Shown here piece by piece: positions 39,201 to 53,900 of a stretch of 64,000 nucleotides of DNA. This DNA comes from Antedon mediterranea (Eukaryota > Animalia > Echinodermata). The position numbers and the translations under genes are program-made. Location: positions 32,299,648 to 32,363,647 of the forward strand of contig NC_092673.1 of assembly GCF_964355755.1 (NCBI RefSeq), given 5' to 3'. Below the pieces are notes generated by a model. It ran no database searches and had not been told where the DNA came from. It worked only from the letters and a program-made list of their open reading frames with translations. The number at the start of each line of letters is the position of its first letter. Position 1 is the first letter of the stretch.

Positions 39201-39953
39201 CAAACTCACCTTTTGTATCAGAGGTAACATATTCAGTTCTTTTAAGTTTCATAAATGAATTTGAAGACGCTTGAAACAAGGCAAACTTTCTTGAATACTG
39301 TTTACCAATACCTATAGAAATTCAGAATTTACTTAATTATTCAAACATAAACCTTATTCAAATACTACATGAAACTTATCAGACACAAGATAGACCTTAT
39401 TCAAAAGACAAAGAGTAGACCTTATTAAAACATAAAGTGTGGACCTAATAGCATTAAAACTCTAAATATTTATCAATCAATCGTTCGATTTATATAGCGC
39501 CAATCCAACATTCATTGCTCATGGCACTGTAAAAAATCAGAAAAGGTGAGTTTTGAGTAGTGACTTAAAGTGACTCAATAATGATGTGTGTTTAATGTTC
39601 AAGGGTAGGTGGTTCTAGGTCTAGGTCCAGCAACACTGAAAGTCATATATACCCAAGTATTTGCAAACTTCTACAACTAAATCTTCAACCAGCATTCTGG
39701 ATTCAGGCACTGGTATCTGCAAAAAAAAAACATTTTAAAAACAATAATACTTACAGTAAGTAAGTTTTTGGAAAGGAATAATACTGGTGACAATAAATTC
39801 CGAGAGTGACAAACAAACCTTCAATGTTTCATTAGGCAAAATTGAAACAAATACTTTTTCATGCATCTCTACAGCAGAGCCTTTAGGATGAACAGTGCCG
39901 GTATCTTCACCAAACAATGCAGAAGACAGCCGCTTTGATAGTCGTTTCATCAT
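36251..39953 (-). CDS. FERM-like domain protein of the SNX17/SNX27/SNX31 type without PX domain, about 324 aa
   Basis: Exons 39953-39819, 39716-39653, 39311-39210, 38458-38306, 38220-38093, 37972-37872, 37650-37509, 36400-36251 (975 nt, phases consistent). Motifs YSRKFALF, LALRKWCFD..E..L, LLYHQAKHDI..G.L, QYLSICQEIDDYF and ISWRKILSW..IEFE resemble the F1-F3 lobes of SNX-FERM proteins. In-frame TAA two codons upstream of the ATG. Confidence 0.7.
36437..37362. repeat. Minisatellite (about 29-34-bp subunits, CACCTATTAAAGGGACAC core) starting at a TA|CAGTAGAAC mariner-like end
   Basis: Tandem array. The core also occurs in degenerate form at about 53525-53790, 63100-63160 and 10815-10855. Confidence 0.9.
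38540..39042. repeat. 23-bp tandem repeat TTTTCAGGTTAAGCTCCACCTAC evolving into a three-unit (about 69-bp) higher-order repeat
   Basis: Directly visible. Confidence 0.92.
39473..39645 (-). mobile_element. L2/CR1-like LINE 3' end remnant
   Basis: The minus strand encodes FSVAGPR...FKSLLKTHLF (frameshifted), followed by GCGCTATATAAAT and a TGAT repeat tail, typical of L2-clade 3' ends. Confidence 0.65.
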
Positions 39954-40329
39954 GTTTTAACACAATTTTGATTTTCTATCAATCAACGAATCGTATACCA
40001 CCTGATCAGAAAAGAACAATATACAATTCAACAATTGCCCAGAGTATATATTTTCTCCAAGCCATATACAAATTTTAAGTCTAACCAGCTACATTTGAGT
40101 AAATTCAAAGCGTCCTAACTAGGCCTAGGCCAGGTTAGTCTACACTGCTAACAGGGAGGACATCAACAAGGTCCAGCAGCAGGTGGTTTCTTCCGTGTAG
40201 AGAGATGTGATTTGCTGTGTGCTATATAGACGAGGTGACGTGAGGCTATTCTCTCTCTGCTACTCTCTGGTTTAGCCATGAGCAATTGAATACCTTCTAA
40301 TCAACGCAAGAAATCTAAATTACTTACAG

Positions 40330-41260
40330 CTTATTACAATTATAAATCAGACAATCAGTGTTTCATTATCATTTTAGGGTTATTTTTAATTAGTTTAAGA
40401 TAGGAGTCAAAATAACGAAAAATGGCTGACTGAACACTCAAACAAAGTCTGATGTGTCGTCAAAACATCCGGAATGACGTCATTTAATTGAACAGACACA
40501 CCTCCTCTCCGCGCGCATCCGATTCATTCCGCGCAGTCTGCTCCTCCCCCTGATGCTGCTCATCAGCAGATCTTCTGATTAGATTTGTAATTGATTTGTT
40601 CATTCGCAAAATGTAAAAGAAATATTCAATAAAATCTTAATATTGTATTTATTGATTTTTATTTTCAATAAATAGATACAACAATACTAATACAGTAGAA
40701 AGAAATTAGCTAACTGTAACACTAATCGGTGTACACTCAGTTGATTGTACTTATCCATCCATCCATGCGGCAGATATGTTATTGTTAATCTCATTTTTTT
40801 TTCGAAGTGCAATTCATTATATGAATGTAATTTCGATTCGCCACGTACATCGGGCACAGATTGCCTTGATACTGGATAAATACAGTCAGTGCACGCTGGT
40901 GAAAACTGGTTTACATTTTGAGAAATCACAATAAACCTATCCATTTTCGAATAAGGGGTGTTTTTTTTTCTTTCTCCCAAAAATACTGTATTTATTTTTT
41001 ATACTTTCTCAGTACAGTAGTACATAATATCAAGTGTACACTCCTACTGTACTACATAAATGTCACCAGTAAGTTCACGGTGTGGGGAGTTGGGTGATTC
41101 CGTATGCGTGACGTGTGTACGCGCGTTTCTGGAAATTTCAAAATATCTGCTGATCACTGATCTCAGAACAGCATGCGCAAAACTTAAGACTTAAAATTGA
41201 CAAAACATAAAGAGTTTGCAGTAGTTTTTATTTAGGAAAAATATATACCTTTAAAATAAT
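40330..41260. promoter_or_regulatory. Putative bidirectional promoter between the FERM gene and SARDH
   Basis: Divergent genes with CpG-richer patches, a perfect CRE palindrome AATGACGTCATT (about 40473) and YY1-like AAAATGGC (about 40419). Confidence 0.45.
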
Positions 41261-41911
41261 CAATGTGTTTCCCGATGTGTTTTGTATCAGTGGAAAGTTG
41301 GGCCTACGCATGATTTGTAAAAAATGTTTTCCCCCATTCAGAGAATGGTACATTCTACAAATTAGTACTAGCTGTGTGTTGACTGAGTATCAACAACTCA
41401 TGGTGGTTTGGTGTATTTCATTTTAAGTTTCACAACTAGGCCTAGGCTAGCCTATGATTTGAATAGAGACAGTCTTAAGTATGTATATAGGAGTGCACAA
41501 ATTGGGTACTAAAATAAATAAACTTATGTCTAGGAATCAAGGATTGCTAATTAAATATAGCTAGCCACCTGAACTTGTCACTTGTGTATATTGTACACTG
41601 TGCACACGGACAGACCCACATTACAACGGTCATCCAGGGCAGCAGGAAAGATATGGATGAGGCTACTAGTGTGTAGCCTATGCAGGCTGCAAAACACATT
41701 TTTGTATATCAATTGTACTGTATCGGTTATAAACCACTGTCTTGGCTGCCAGTGTTGGCTGAATATGGCTTCCCATCCATGACATGTTTGTAACACTCGG
41801 CCACCTCCCGCGGCCCTATTTAAAAAAAAAAAAATTACAATTTCCCATGCACTAATTCTATAGTCTTATTATTACAGGTTTTTGTTTTCCTGAAGTTTTT
41901 GGCACACCATA

Positions 41912-44900
41912 ATGAACCAGTTAATAATCAGATCCCTGCTAACTGCCAGACATGTTAAATCTGTCCAACGAAATGTACCCTCATGTTTGTATAGTAGTAC
42001 AGCAGGCAGTGATGTAGGAAGTGAGGTTCCCTACAAGACTCTTAAATCAGAAACTACCACTGCTCCGAACTCTGTCCCCGCAGAAGCTGATGTGGTTGTC
42101 ATAGGGGGTGGAGCTGTAGGTTGCAGTACATTATACCACTTGACAAAATTAGGAGTAAAAAATGTTGTTCTGATAGAACGAGACCAATTAACAGCGGGGA
42201 CAACTTGGCATACTGCAGGCAAGTTTTTGGGACAATTTAGAATAAACATACATGGTTTTATATTTTTGCCAACTTGAGGATAACCATACATGAATTCTTA
42301 TATATATTTATTAAGCTCTGTCTACACTATCAAACTAGTTTGACAAAAGAAGTGTGATGTGCCCAAATATGGTAGTGATATGACATCATCATGTCCATAT
42401 ATGGACACAACCCCTTTTTTTAATCACATAAAGTTTGATAGTGTAGACAGAGCTTTAAAAGTTGCAGTCCTGTCCACTGACAAAACATATATACAAGATG
42501 CTCTACATAAACAAAAAATCTTAAAGAAGAGGTCTTTGAGAGACTGACATCTGACAAGATTTGAACATGGGATCGGTAGCCGAACATTTAATCACCAAGA
42601 TACAACTCCAGTCTATTATATTAATAACCTTTGTTTTTACTGAAACTTGCATTGTTTGTTGATGGAATGGCATTACTAAAACTCATTTATTTACATTAAC
42701 AGGTTTACTATGGCGGTTACGACCTAACGACACTGACACAATCCTACAAAATTACACGAGAACTTTGATACGAGATGTACTGGAAGAAGAGACTGGGATC
42801 AACCCTGGTTGGATAGAAAACGGTGGTATATTTATAGCATCTAACAAAGAAAGATTGGATGAATATAAACGCATGATGACAGTAAGTGTATTTGGAAAGC
42901 GCGTCTGAATAGATTAAAATCTCAGCCACTGTTTGCCCTCAGGCCAACCAGAGTCCGGGCAACCAGTGTCTGAGATTTGATTGCCCTCCCAATTTCTTGG
43001 TGGCCAAAACATATAGCGGCCGAAATAATCAAACATTTAATTGAGATTGGTCTATACAGTTGTATTCCTCAACAGATGCAAAACATCGTAGTAATCTTTT
43101 TTTATTTGACTAGGTTGCTTCAGGACCAACTATTTATACTTACTTACACTCCGGGACCGAGGAAAACTGTTTCTGCAAGCCCAGCATATTTTTGATTTAC
43201 AATCAATAATAAATGTTTTTTTAATTTTCTAGTTGGGAAAGGCATTAGGTATTGAGTCACATGTTCTTAGTCCAGAAGAAACGAAAGACTTGTACCCGCT
43301 TATGAACGTTGGTGATATGCACGGCGCCCTCTATAGTCCAGGTGATGGTACTATGGATCCAGCAGGTTACTGCACGGCTTTGTCACGAGCTGCTACAAAA
43401 AGTGGAGCTAAGGTACAGTATTAAAAAATAAATGTTTTTTTTACACAATTGGGAGATTAAAAACACTAAAGCTGTGTTTCACTTTCAGCAGCCAAAAATT
43501 AACCGATAAAAATTAACCGATAAACTGCCTGTGAATCTTGATTACCTGATTTGTTAAAAAAATTTGTGTTTTAGCTTTGGAAACACGGCCTTAGTTCATC
43601 TACTGTATCTATTCAAGTTTATTTTTATATTTAGGTGGTTCTGAACTGCAATGTGACGGGTATAAAAGTTACAGAAGACGACATGGGAACTCGACGTGTT
43701 CAAGGGGTTGAGACTGACGCAGGGATGATACGTACAAATACTGTCGTGAATGCCTGTGGTAAAAAGTTATTCATATAAATCGTCTTTAATCATCTTTAAT
43801 AGGTATTTAGATATTTGGTTATGGTTGTATTTTTATTCATTTTTCTATGTTTAAAGACACCTAACTTCAGGTAACTTGTTGGATAGATAAAGTATATTTG
43901 CTTTTAACTTACTCTCATTTGTGTGAGTGTAGTATAAAGAGGAGTGAGTTATGACCAAGGTACTAGGTCAGAATTGAACACTGGATTTTGTTATTGGAAA
44001 GCAAGCATGTTAACCACCAAGCTACAGCTGCACAACAAGATACAGCTCTCCTCTACCTGCCTTTACTTATGAAACAATGGTACCTACTGTATAGTATATG
44101 AAAACTTGGTGAAATCAAAGAAAGGTCACCAAATAAGTAATTGTAACCAGGATCCTGGATTTTCCTTGCAGGTGCGTGGAGCCCATACATTGGAGCAATG
44201 GCAGGTGTAAACGTACCCCTGCTTGCTATGCGGCACGCATACATCGTGTCTGAACGAATCGAGGGGATTCAAAATATGCCAAACGTTAGGGACCATGATG
44301 CCTCTGTTTATCTAAAACTCCAAGGAGATGGACTTTCAATTGGTGGCTATGAGCCAAACCCACTTTTCTGGGATAAGGTTTGTTTCACACTACTTGCATA
44401 GATAAAGCATAACAAAGATACACTATGTGACACCAAATGAATTTTCTCCTATCCCAAACTCTAAGCTCCTAAAGCTCTGTCTACACTATCAAAATAAGGA
44501 CATAATGTCATATCACTACCATATTTAAGAATATCACTACCATATTTGGGCACATCCCATTTTTGTCGAACTAGTTTGATAGTGTAGACAGAACTTAAGG
44601 AAAGTCTACAGTATCTTTCAAAGTTTCATATAGCCCAACTATTGTGCACTGCCAGTATTCAGCTAGTGATCACAATAATACAGGTACTTTAAATAGCAGG
44701 GGCGGATTGCTATAAAACAGTCTTAACTAATGGTCTTAACTCCCCGATTAAAGCCGGCTTTATCTGATAGACGGTCTTACTAAAGCCACCCCTGTTAGAC
44801 CATTGCTATAAAACAGTCTTAGATAAGACCGTGTAAAGTAACAAATTGAGGGCGTACTTTGCGCGTAAAATACCAAATAAGGTAATGTTCGTCACGCTTG

Positions 44901-47900
44901 TTCAATTCACAATCATGACAGTACGTACATTTCTACGCAAGAAAATCTATTCTAGGGCTATATAAGAATAAAATCACCGTTATTATTTGATTTAACACTT
45001 AAAACTCGTTCTATTGGTTGTCTTTGACGATAAATAATACGTAAAAGCAACAAAAAGAGAGGTTTAAGACTGTTTTAAGACTCCTTCGAGTAGGCTTTAA
45101 TTTTAAAGACCGTTTACAGGTTAGACCGCGGTATAGCAATGGTCTATAATGTTAGACTACTTGCTACGTCACGAATTATAGCCAGCTAAGCGCTAAGACC
45201 GGTTATAGACCGCTTATAGCAATCCGCCCCAGATGTCTGTACTACCTACACCTTGCAGATGGCCAGATAACCTTGCAGGTGGCCGGGTCACCTTGTAGGT
45301 CGCAGAATGACCTTACAGGTGGCCAGTTCCTTGCCAGGTGACTGTTTGCCTGGGAGATGGTAGAATGGCTGCATACTTGCAGTAGTTTTTTCCTAACACT
45401 GAATATGATTTTGCTTTTGTGACAATTTTTCATATCCATTTGAAGGTTGAGAATGAATTTGCATTTTCATTATTTGAACTTGACTGGGATGTATTCAGCG
45501 TACATATAGATGGCGCCATAAACAGAGTTCCCGTCATTGAGCAAACTGGTGTCAAATCTACCGTGTGTGGACCAGGTAACTACCATTGCTTTTTATGTTT
45601 TACATAAGTTCATTTGGTTCTTTCATGGATGAGATCAACACAAAAAAGCATCCTACACCAACATAGGGATACATTGGTTTACCTTGACTCCACCAGTGCT
45701 CCACACATCAATGGCAAGGCCAGTGATGGTCTTAAATATTAAGGAAAATATTAAGTTTACTTTACTTGTCTCTTAAATAGAATCTTTCACAGCCGACCAC
45801 AAAGCCCTTATTGGTGAGAGCCCAGAGGTGAGAGGCTTTTATTTAAACTGTGGATTTAACAGCTCTGGTATGATGTTAAGTGGTGGTGCAGGTTGGCAGC
45901 TTGCTGAGTGGATTGTGAATGGTAGGCCTACCATTGATATGTACTCCTTTGATATCAGGTAAGATTGAAAGCCTACTAGGAAACATTTTGTTTGCAAACT
46001 GTGAGTTTGCTTGTGTAGAATCCCAAAATCTAGACTCCCTGACAAACTCTCTTACTATAGTTTTAAATCCTTAAATTAAAGTTACTGGAAACATATCTGT
46101 GGGCATGCTAGTAAAAATTCACCTCTGTCTACACTATCAAACTACTTTAACAAATAAGGTGTGATGTGCCCAAATATGGTGGTGATATGACATCACATTT
46201 TGTTGTCACATAAAGTTTGAGAGTGTAGATAATAGAGCTTTATGTCTGCTATTGTACTACAGATTGTCCCTTTATTGCGGTAACCTTTGTCCCTTTGCAT
46301 ATGTGAAATTGTCATTTCAATCAATTCCACACATTGGCCACAACATTTTAAGAACTTTGCATTATTTTATATAATTTTATTTTTACTCAAGACGTTTTCC
46401 AAGTTCTGTGACTGATAACCAAAAATGGATTAAAGAAAGAAGTCATGAGGCTTATGCTAAAAATTACGCAATGTATTTTCCGCATGACGAACCGCTTGCA
46501 AGCCGTGGTCTGAGAAAGGACGCCCTCCACAAGGTACGCTTTGTAATGAAGACCGGAGTGAAATTATATTTTATCTTATAAAGTTATTTAAATTAGGAGA
46601 TTTTGTTACTTTTCGCCCTCTACAGAATGTAACAACACAGGGTGTAACAACACAGGGTGTAAACAACACAGGGTGTAACAACACAGGGTGTAACAACACA
46701 GGGTGTAACAACACAGGGTGTAACAACACAGGGTGTAACAACCTCTACTAATAAATTGTACTGTAGGCCTAGACAAAATTGGTCTGGTCTACACCACTTG
46801 TGTGTGTGTGCGCAGTACAGTAGCACAAAATGTGTATAACAAACAAATACACAGCAGCTCTCTCTTTTAACATAGAATTTTTCGAATGAATTATCAATAT
46901 GGATAAAAAAAAAATGACAGTTCATTTATTAACAAACATTGTTGTCATTTCTCGGTATGCAGATGGCTAGTCTACCATATTCTACTAGACTATAATTATC
47001 ATAAATAATGAATTAATACATCATCAAAATGTGATTATTGCCTTAACATACATGTTAATTATTATCATTGACTACTGGATACTTGCAGGTACTTGAAGAT
47101 GCTGGCTGTTTGTATCAAGAACGTCACGGATGGGAAAGACCTGGCTGGTTCAATCTTGAATCTCCAGCACCGGTAAATAATAGTTATAACCCTGTCGTTT
47201 AATAAAAAAAATATACTGCCCTCAATAAAAAAAATGACCCAGAGCCATATATTGAAAGAGTTCCGGCATTTGCAAAGAAATTGGTTTAAAAACACATTTG
47301 TTGCCACCAAAAAAAGCTGTTTTAACATGTTAACTGGGTGCGAATGGCTGGATGGGAATCAAAAGTTGTCTTGGCTTAAATGGCCTGAGCATTTAACTAA
47401 ATTACAAGTTTGTATAATACAAATATTTTTTATATGTTTAACTATTTATTTCAGTTAAAACCTTATGATTATTATGGTTACTATGGTATCGAAGCAAACA
47501 AAGATTATGCATATGGCAAGTTGCTTAGCGACGAGTACACATATGACTTTCCTAAACACCATGATAAGGTAAAAACAACATTACTTTATTTGATTGTTTT
47601 AAAATGAATTTTGTTCCAACATATTATGATGAAAAAGAAAGCCCCAGATTCAAAAGTGCGTACTATTGCACGCTATGTGACCCAAAATCGTCCAATCAAA
47701 TTATAGGAATTTATTTAGGTGTTTTATAATACTGTATGTGAAGTGTGTATGTGTATAATAGTATTTAAGTTCAGTTAGGTTTAAGTTCAATAGCATTATT
47801 TATAAATCTTCTTGAATTGTCGATTACCTCTTTATTATCATTGTCAGATAGTTGTTAGTACTGTATTAGAATAATACATAGTATACAGACACACATCAAT

Positions 47901-50900
47901 CAATCAATAATACTGTATGTTGACAAGGACAAATATATAACACGCACACATCAATCAATCAATAATACTGTATGTTGACAAGGACAAATATATAACACGC
48001 ACATCAATCAATCAATAATACTGTATGTTGACAAGGACAAATATATAACACGCACACATCAATCAATCAATAATACTGTATGTTGACAAGGACAAATATA
48101 TAACATGCACACATCAATCAATCAATAATACTGTATGTTGACAAGGACAAATATATAACACGCACACATCAATCAATCAATAATACTGTATGTTGACAAG
48201 GACAAATATATAACATGCACACATCAATCAATCAATAATACTGTATGTTGACAAGGACAAATATATAACACGCACACATCAATCAATCAATAATACTGTA
48301 TGTTGACAAGGACAAATATATAACACGCACACATCAATCAATCAATAATACTGTATGTTGACAAGGACAAATATATAACACACACACATCAATCAATCAA
48401 TAATACTGTATATTGACAAGGACAAATATATAACACGCACACATCAATCAATCAATAATACTGTATGTTGACAAGGACAAATATATAACACGCACACATC
48501 AATCAATCAATAATACTGTATGTTGACAAGGACAAATATATAACACACACACATCAATCAATCAATCAATAATACTGTATGTAGACAAGGACAAATATAT
48601 AACACGCACACATCAATCAATCAATCAATAATACTGTATGTTGACAAGGACAAATATATAACACGCACACATCAATCAATCAATCAATAATACTGTATGT
48701 TGACAAGGACAAATATATAACACGCACACATCAATCAATCAATAATACTGTATGTTGACAAGGACAAATATATAACACGCACACATCAATCAATCAATCA
48801 ATAATACTGTATGTAGACAAGGACAAATATATAACACGCACACATCAATCAATCAATAATACTGTATGTTGACAAGGACAAATATATAACACGCACACAT
48901 CAATCAATCAATAATACTGTATGTTGACAAGGACAAATATATAACACGCACACATCAATCAATCAATAATACTGTATGTTGACAAGGACAAATATATAAC
49001 ACACACACATCAATCAATCAATCAATAATACTGTATGTTGACAAGGACAAATATATAACACGCACACATCAATCAATCAATAATACTGTATGTTGACAAG
49101 GACAAATATATAACACGCACACATCAATCAATCAATAATACTGTATATTGACAAGGACAAATATATAACACACACACATCAATCAATCAATCAATAATAC
49201 TGTATGTAGACAAGGACAAATATATAACACGCACATCAATCAATCAATAATACTGAATGTTGACAAGGACAAATATATAACACACACACATCAATCAATC
49301 AATAATACTGTATGTTGACAAGGACAAATATATAACACGCACACATCAATCAATCAATAATACTGTATGTAGACAAGGACAAATATATAACACGCACACA
49401 TCAATCAATCAATAATACTGTATGTTGACAAGGACAAATATATAACACGCACACATCAATCAATCAATAATACTGTATGTTGACAAGGACAAATATATAA
49501 CATGCACACATCAATCAATCAATAATACTGTATGTAGACAAGGACAGATATATAACACGCACACATCAATCAATCAATAATACTGTATGTAGACAAGGAC
49601 AAATATATAACACGCACACATCAATCAATCAATAATACTGTATGTAGACAAGGACAAATATATAACACGCACACATCAATCAATCAATAATACTGTATGT
49701 AGACAAGGACAAATATATAACACGCACACATCAATCAATCAATAATACTGTATGTAGACAAGGACAAATATATAACACGCACACATCAATCAATCAATAA
49801 TACTGTATGTAGACAAGGACAAATATATAACATGCACACATCAATCAATCAATAATACTGTATGTAGACAAGGACAAATATATAACACGCACACATCAAT
49901 CAATCAATAATACTGTATGTAGACAAGGACAAATATATAACACGCACACATCAATCAATCAATAATACTGTATGTTGACAAGGACAAATATATAACACGC
50001 ACACATCAATCAATCAATAATACTGTATGTAGACAAGGACAAATATATAACACGCACACATCAATCAATCAATAATACTGTATGTAGACAAGGACAAATA
50101 TATAACACGCACACATCAATCAATCAATAATACTGTATGTAGACAAGGACAAATATATAACACGCACACATCAATCAATCAATAATACTGTATGTAGACA
50201 AGGACAGATATATAACACGCACACATCAATCAATCAATAATACTGTATGTAGACAAGGACAAATATATAACACGCACACATCAATCAATCAATAATACTG
50301 TATGTTGACAAGGACAAATATATAACACGCACACATCAATCAATCAATAATACTGTATGTTGACAAGGACAAATATATAACACGCACACATCAATCAATC
50401 AATAATACTGTATGTTGACAAGGACAAATATATAACACGCACACATCAATCAATCAATAATACTGTATGTTGACAAGGACAAATATATAACACGCACACA
50501 TCAATCAATCAATAATACTGTATGTAGACAAGGACAAATATATAACATGCACACATCAATCAATCAATAATACTGTATGTTGACAAGGACAAATATATAA
50601 CACGCACACATCAATCAATCAATAATACTGTATGTAGACAAGGACAAATATATAACATGCACACATCAATCAATCAATAATACTGTATGTTGACAAGGAC
50701 AAATATATAACACGCACACATCAATCAATCAATAATACTGTATGTAGACAAGGACAAATATATAACATGCACACATCAATCAATCAATAATACTGTATGT
50801 AGACAAGGACAAATATATAACATGCACACATCAATCAATCAATAATACTGTATGTTGACAAGGACAAATATATAACACACACACATCAATCAATCAATAA

Positions 50901-53900
50901 TACTGTATGTTGACAAGGACAAATATATAATAATATACTGTACTCAACTAAGTAATGAAATTCATTCCATCTTGACAGGATTCAATATTTCACAATTAAT
51001 ATCATCATTAGGGTTGAATTAAAATAATTGCATTGCTTGGGATACTGTATACATATTAAATAGTTTTATACTGTGCTTGTAACAGGAAAAACATTTATTT
51101 CAGGTAACAAAAGTGTGTAAAAAATAAGATTATGAAAACGTCCTAGTATAGTTCCGTTCATTCTGATACCTCATGACAGTATGGATGCATGCAATAGCAA
51201 AAATTTGAAGAAAATGTTAAAAAAACTCAGCCTATTTGGTGAAAAGGATCTAAGAAGGTGGATAATGTTCAAATGTAGTTTTTTCCAAGTACAGTTTATT
51301 TATGTTTTGTTCTTAGATTGGCAAGGAATGTTTAAGTTGTCGAAATGACGTTGCTGTGTTCAACATGTCTTACTTTGGAAAGTTTTACCTGACTGGACCA
51401 GATTCACAGGCAGCTGCTGATTGGATATTCTCAAATGATATGACCAAAAATGAAGGTACTGCATGCTAAATGCTAAAATGAGGGAATAACCTCTGACTTG
51501 CAGCTAACTGGGCTGTAGTGTGCACAGGTGTGACGGCAACTTTCTTCACCCCAAGGGTCCCTTTGTGTCGTGTTGCGACAACAGGGGCTGAAAGGACCAG
51601 TACACTGGGGTAACCCCCTACTCTTCCGAAAGATGTACTATGTTCTTTAAAGTGCACATGAGCTAGATATGTACACTGGACCTCCAATTTTAAGTCCTTG
51701 TTCGAGAAGATTTGGTCTACCATCGCAACAATGGTCGAGGAGGTCTTGAACCTGTGCCGATTGTATAGCTATGGCGGCGCCCCTGCCAACTCCGCTTAAA
51801 TTCTACCCTCAATAGAAAAAATTACTACCTTGATTATATTGAGATTATCTAAACCAGTGTTAACAACACCATACTATTATTTAAATATTTCTGGTCTGAT
51901 TGAATCTGTTTTTTTTTTTTTTTTGAATTTGTCAACATCAGTTAAAAACACTTAAACACAGAGCAATCAACCCAATTTAAATATATTATACCAACGAACT
52001 GACTTAAAAATCGATAATAATTCTCCATATCGCTCGCATAGTAATACTGTATTTGTTGACTTTAAAATACCAATTTGTTGGCTAAACCATATTTTGCGAT
52101 TTTTCTACAGTATGTGCGAAAAGTGATGATGATTTTGTAATTAATTTTGTTTAGAAAGTCAGGATTGAATTTGTTTTTTTTGTAGGTTCAACTGTTTATA
52201 CATGTATGTTAAATAAACGTGGGGGCGTTGAGGGCGATCTAACAGTTAGTATGATTGAATCTGGTGATGGGAGTCCAGTCGAACCACAATTTGAAGGTTG
52301 GAAATTGGACTTTTATTATCTCAAATCAAAATACTTTATACTGTTCAATTTTATTGGGATAATTAGTATATAATTCACATACAGTAAAACACCTCATTTG
52401 GGAGACACGTATTATAGGGAACACACTTATGAAACAAATGATTCACAATACTGTATATGTTTTAACACTAGTAACAGACAACCCCTATTCAGGGAACAAA
52501 TCAATTAAGGGGAAAGTTTGCTGGGTTCCAAAGATATCCCCTTAATAAAGGTTTTACTGTAGTATAATTCACATTAATCTGTTTTAAATTTGTTCAGGGC
52601 GTGGTTTTTATGTTGCTGTTGGTGGGGGTGCAGCGGAGCAGGGAAAGCAACATATACTAACAGCAATACAAGATAAAGGCTTTAATTGTCAACTATTAGA
52701 TCACAGTGAAGATATGTGTATGATAAGTATACAAGGTCCAAAAAGGTATCTGCTGTATTTAATTAATAATTATACATTACATTTGTTTGGAAAGTCTTTA
52801 TGAATTATTGTGAAGATTCTGTTTGCAATATTTGTATATGAATTTGTAACCATTCGAAACCTTTTGATTTATAGCAATATATTGTTTTTTTAAATCGCTA
52901 AAATGGATACTCTCCCCAAAGTGGTTCAGTAATATGTATTGTTGTTGTTTATATCAAGGCAATCCAACAACAATGCTGAGCTCTGGAGCTCCTATATGTG
53001 GCTGTGACACAATCAGTTCCACGCCCCTTAACAGACACCGCACGGCACAGAGAAAATGTTACATAGTACAGTACTGTTGGTATTTGTTGCAGACATAACA
53101 TCAAATGACTGTTACACAAGTTCATATCTCGGCAAGACGAGCTCAGTGTCCTGTTGTTAGATTGCCTTGTTTATATGATATAGATATATATATCTAGACA
53201 TCTGCTGTGTAATGTAACATAAAATAAAAATAATTAACAAACATTTATATGTTACAAACAGCCGTGCAGTTCTCCAAGCTCTGACCAACACAGATCTGAG
53301 CAATGAAAACTTCCCATTTTCCACCCAGCAAATGATAAAAATTGGCAAGCATACAGTGCGTGCTATGCGGCTATCATTTGTGGGTGAGCTAGGCTGGGAG
53401 TTACACATGGACAATGATGTATCAGTTGAAGTATACAACGCTGTTATGGCTGCTGGTGCAGATCATGGGATTGTTAACGCAGGCTACAGGGCAATTGATT
53501 CGCTTAGCATTGAAAAAGGTATGAAAGGGACATCTGCATTAAAAGGCTATCTGTAATAAAGGGATGCCTATGTTAAAGGGACACCTGTATTAAATGGCCA
53601 CATGTTAATTTAAAGAGATGCCTATATTAATGGAATCCTGTATTAAACGGAATCCTGTATTAAAGGGACACCTGTAATAAAGGGTGCCTGTATTAAAGGG
53701 ATGTCTTATATGGAAGCCTGTATTACAGGGACACCTGTATTAACAGGATATCTGTACTAAATGGCTCCCTTTATTGAATGACCACCTGTATTTTTTATTT
53801 CAACCATCTTTAAAGAGGTAACTCTTCCAGTTTAGCCCAGTGGGTTAACTAGTATTGTTTAAATTCAACCTCTTTTGAACTTAAACATAATTACATTACT

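Noticed and set aside
40560-41152. ATCAGCAGAT / ATCTGCTGAT inverted pair as transposon ends
   Set aside because: Only 10 bp, no TSD and no second copy in the window.
42540-44035. tRNA-like sequences on the minus strand (about 42545-42610 and 43965-44030; similar near 21465)
   Set aside because: Only decayed A/B-box remnants with no cloverleaf, most likely old SINE heads.
47888-50930. CRISPR-like array
   Set aside because: Head-to-tail identical 55-bp units with no spacers, in a eukaryotic intron.
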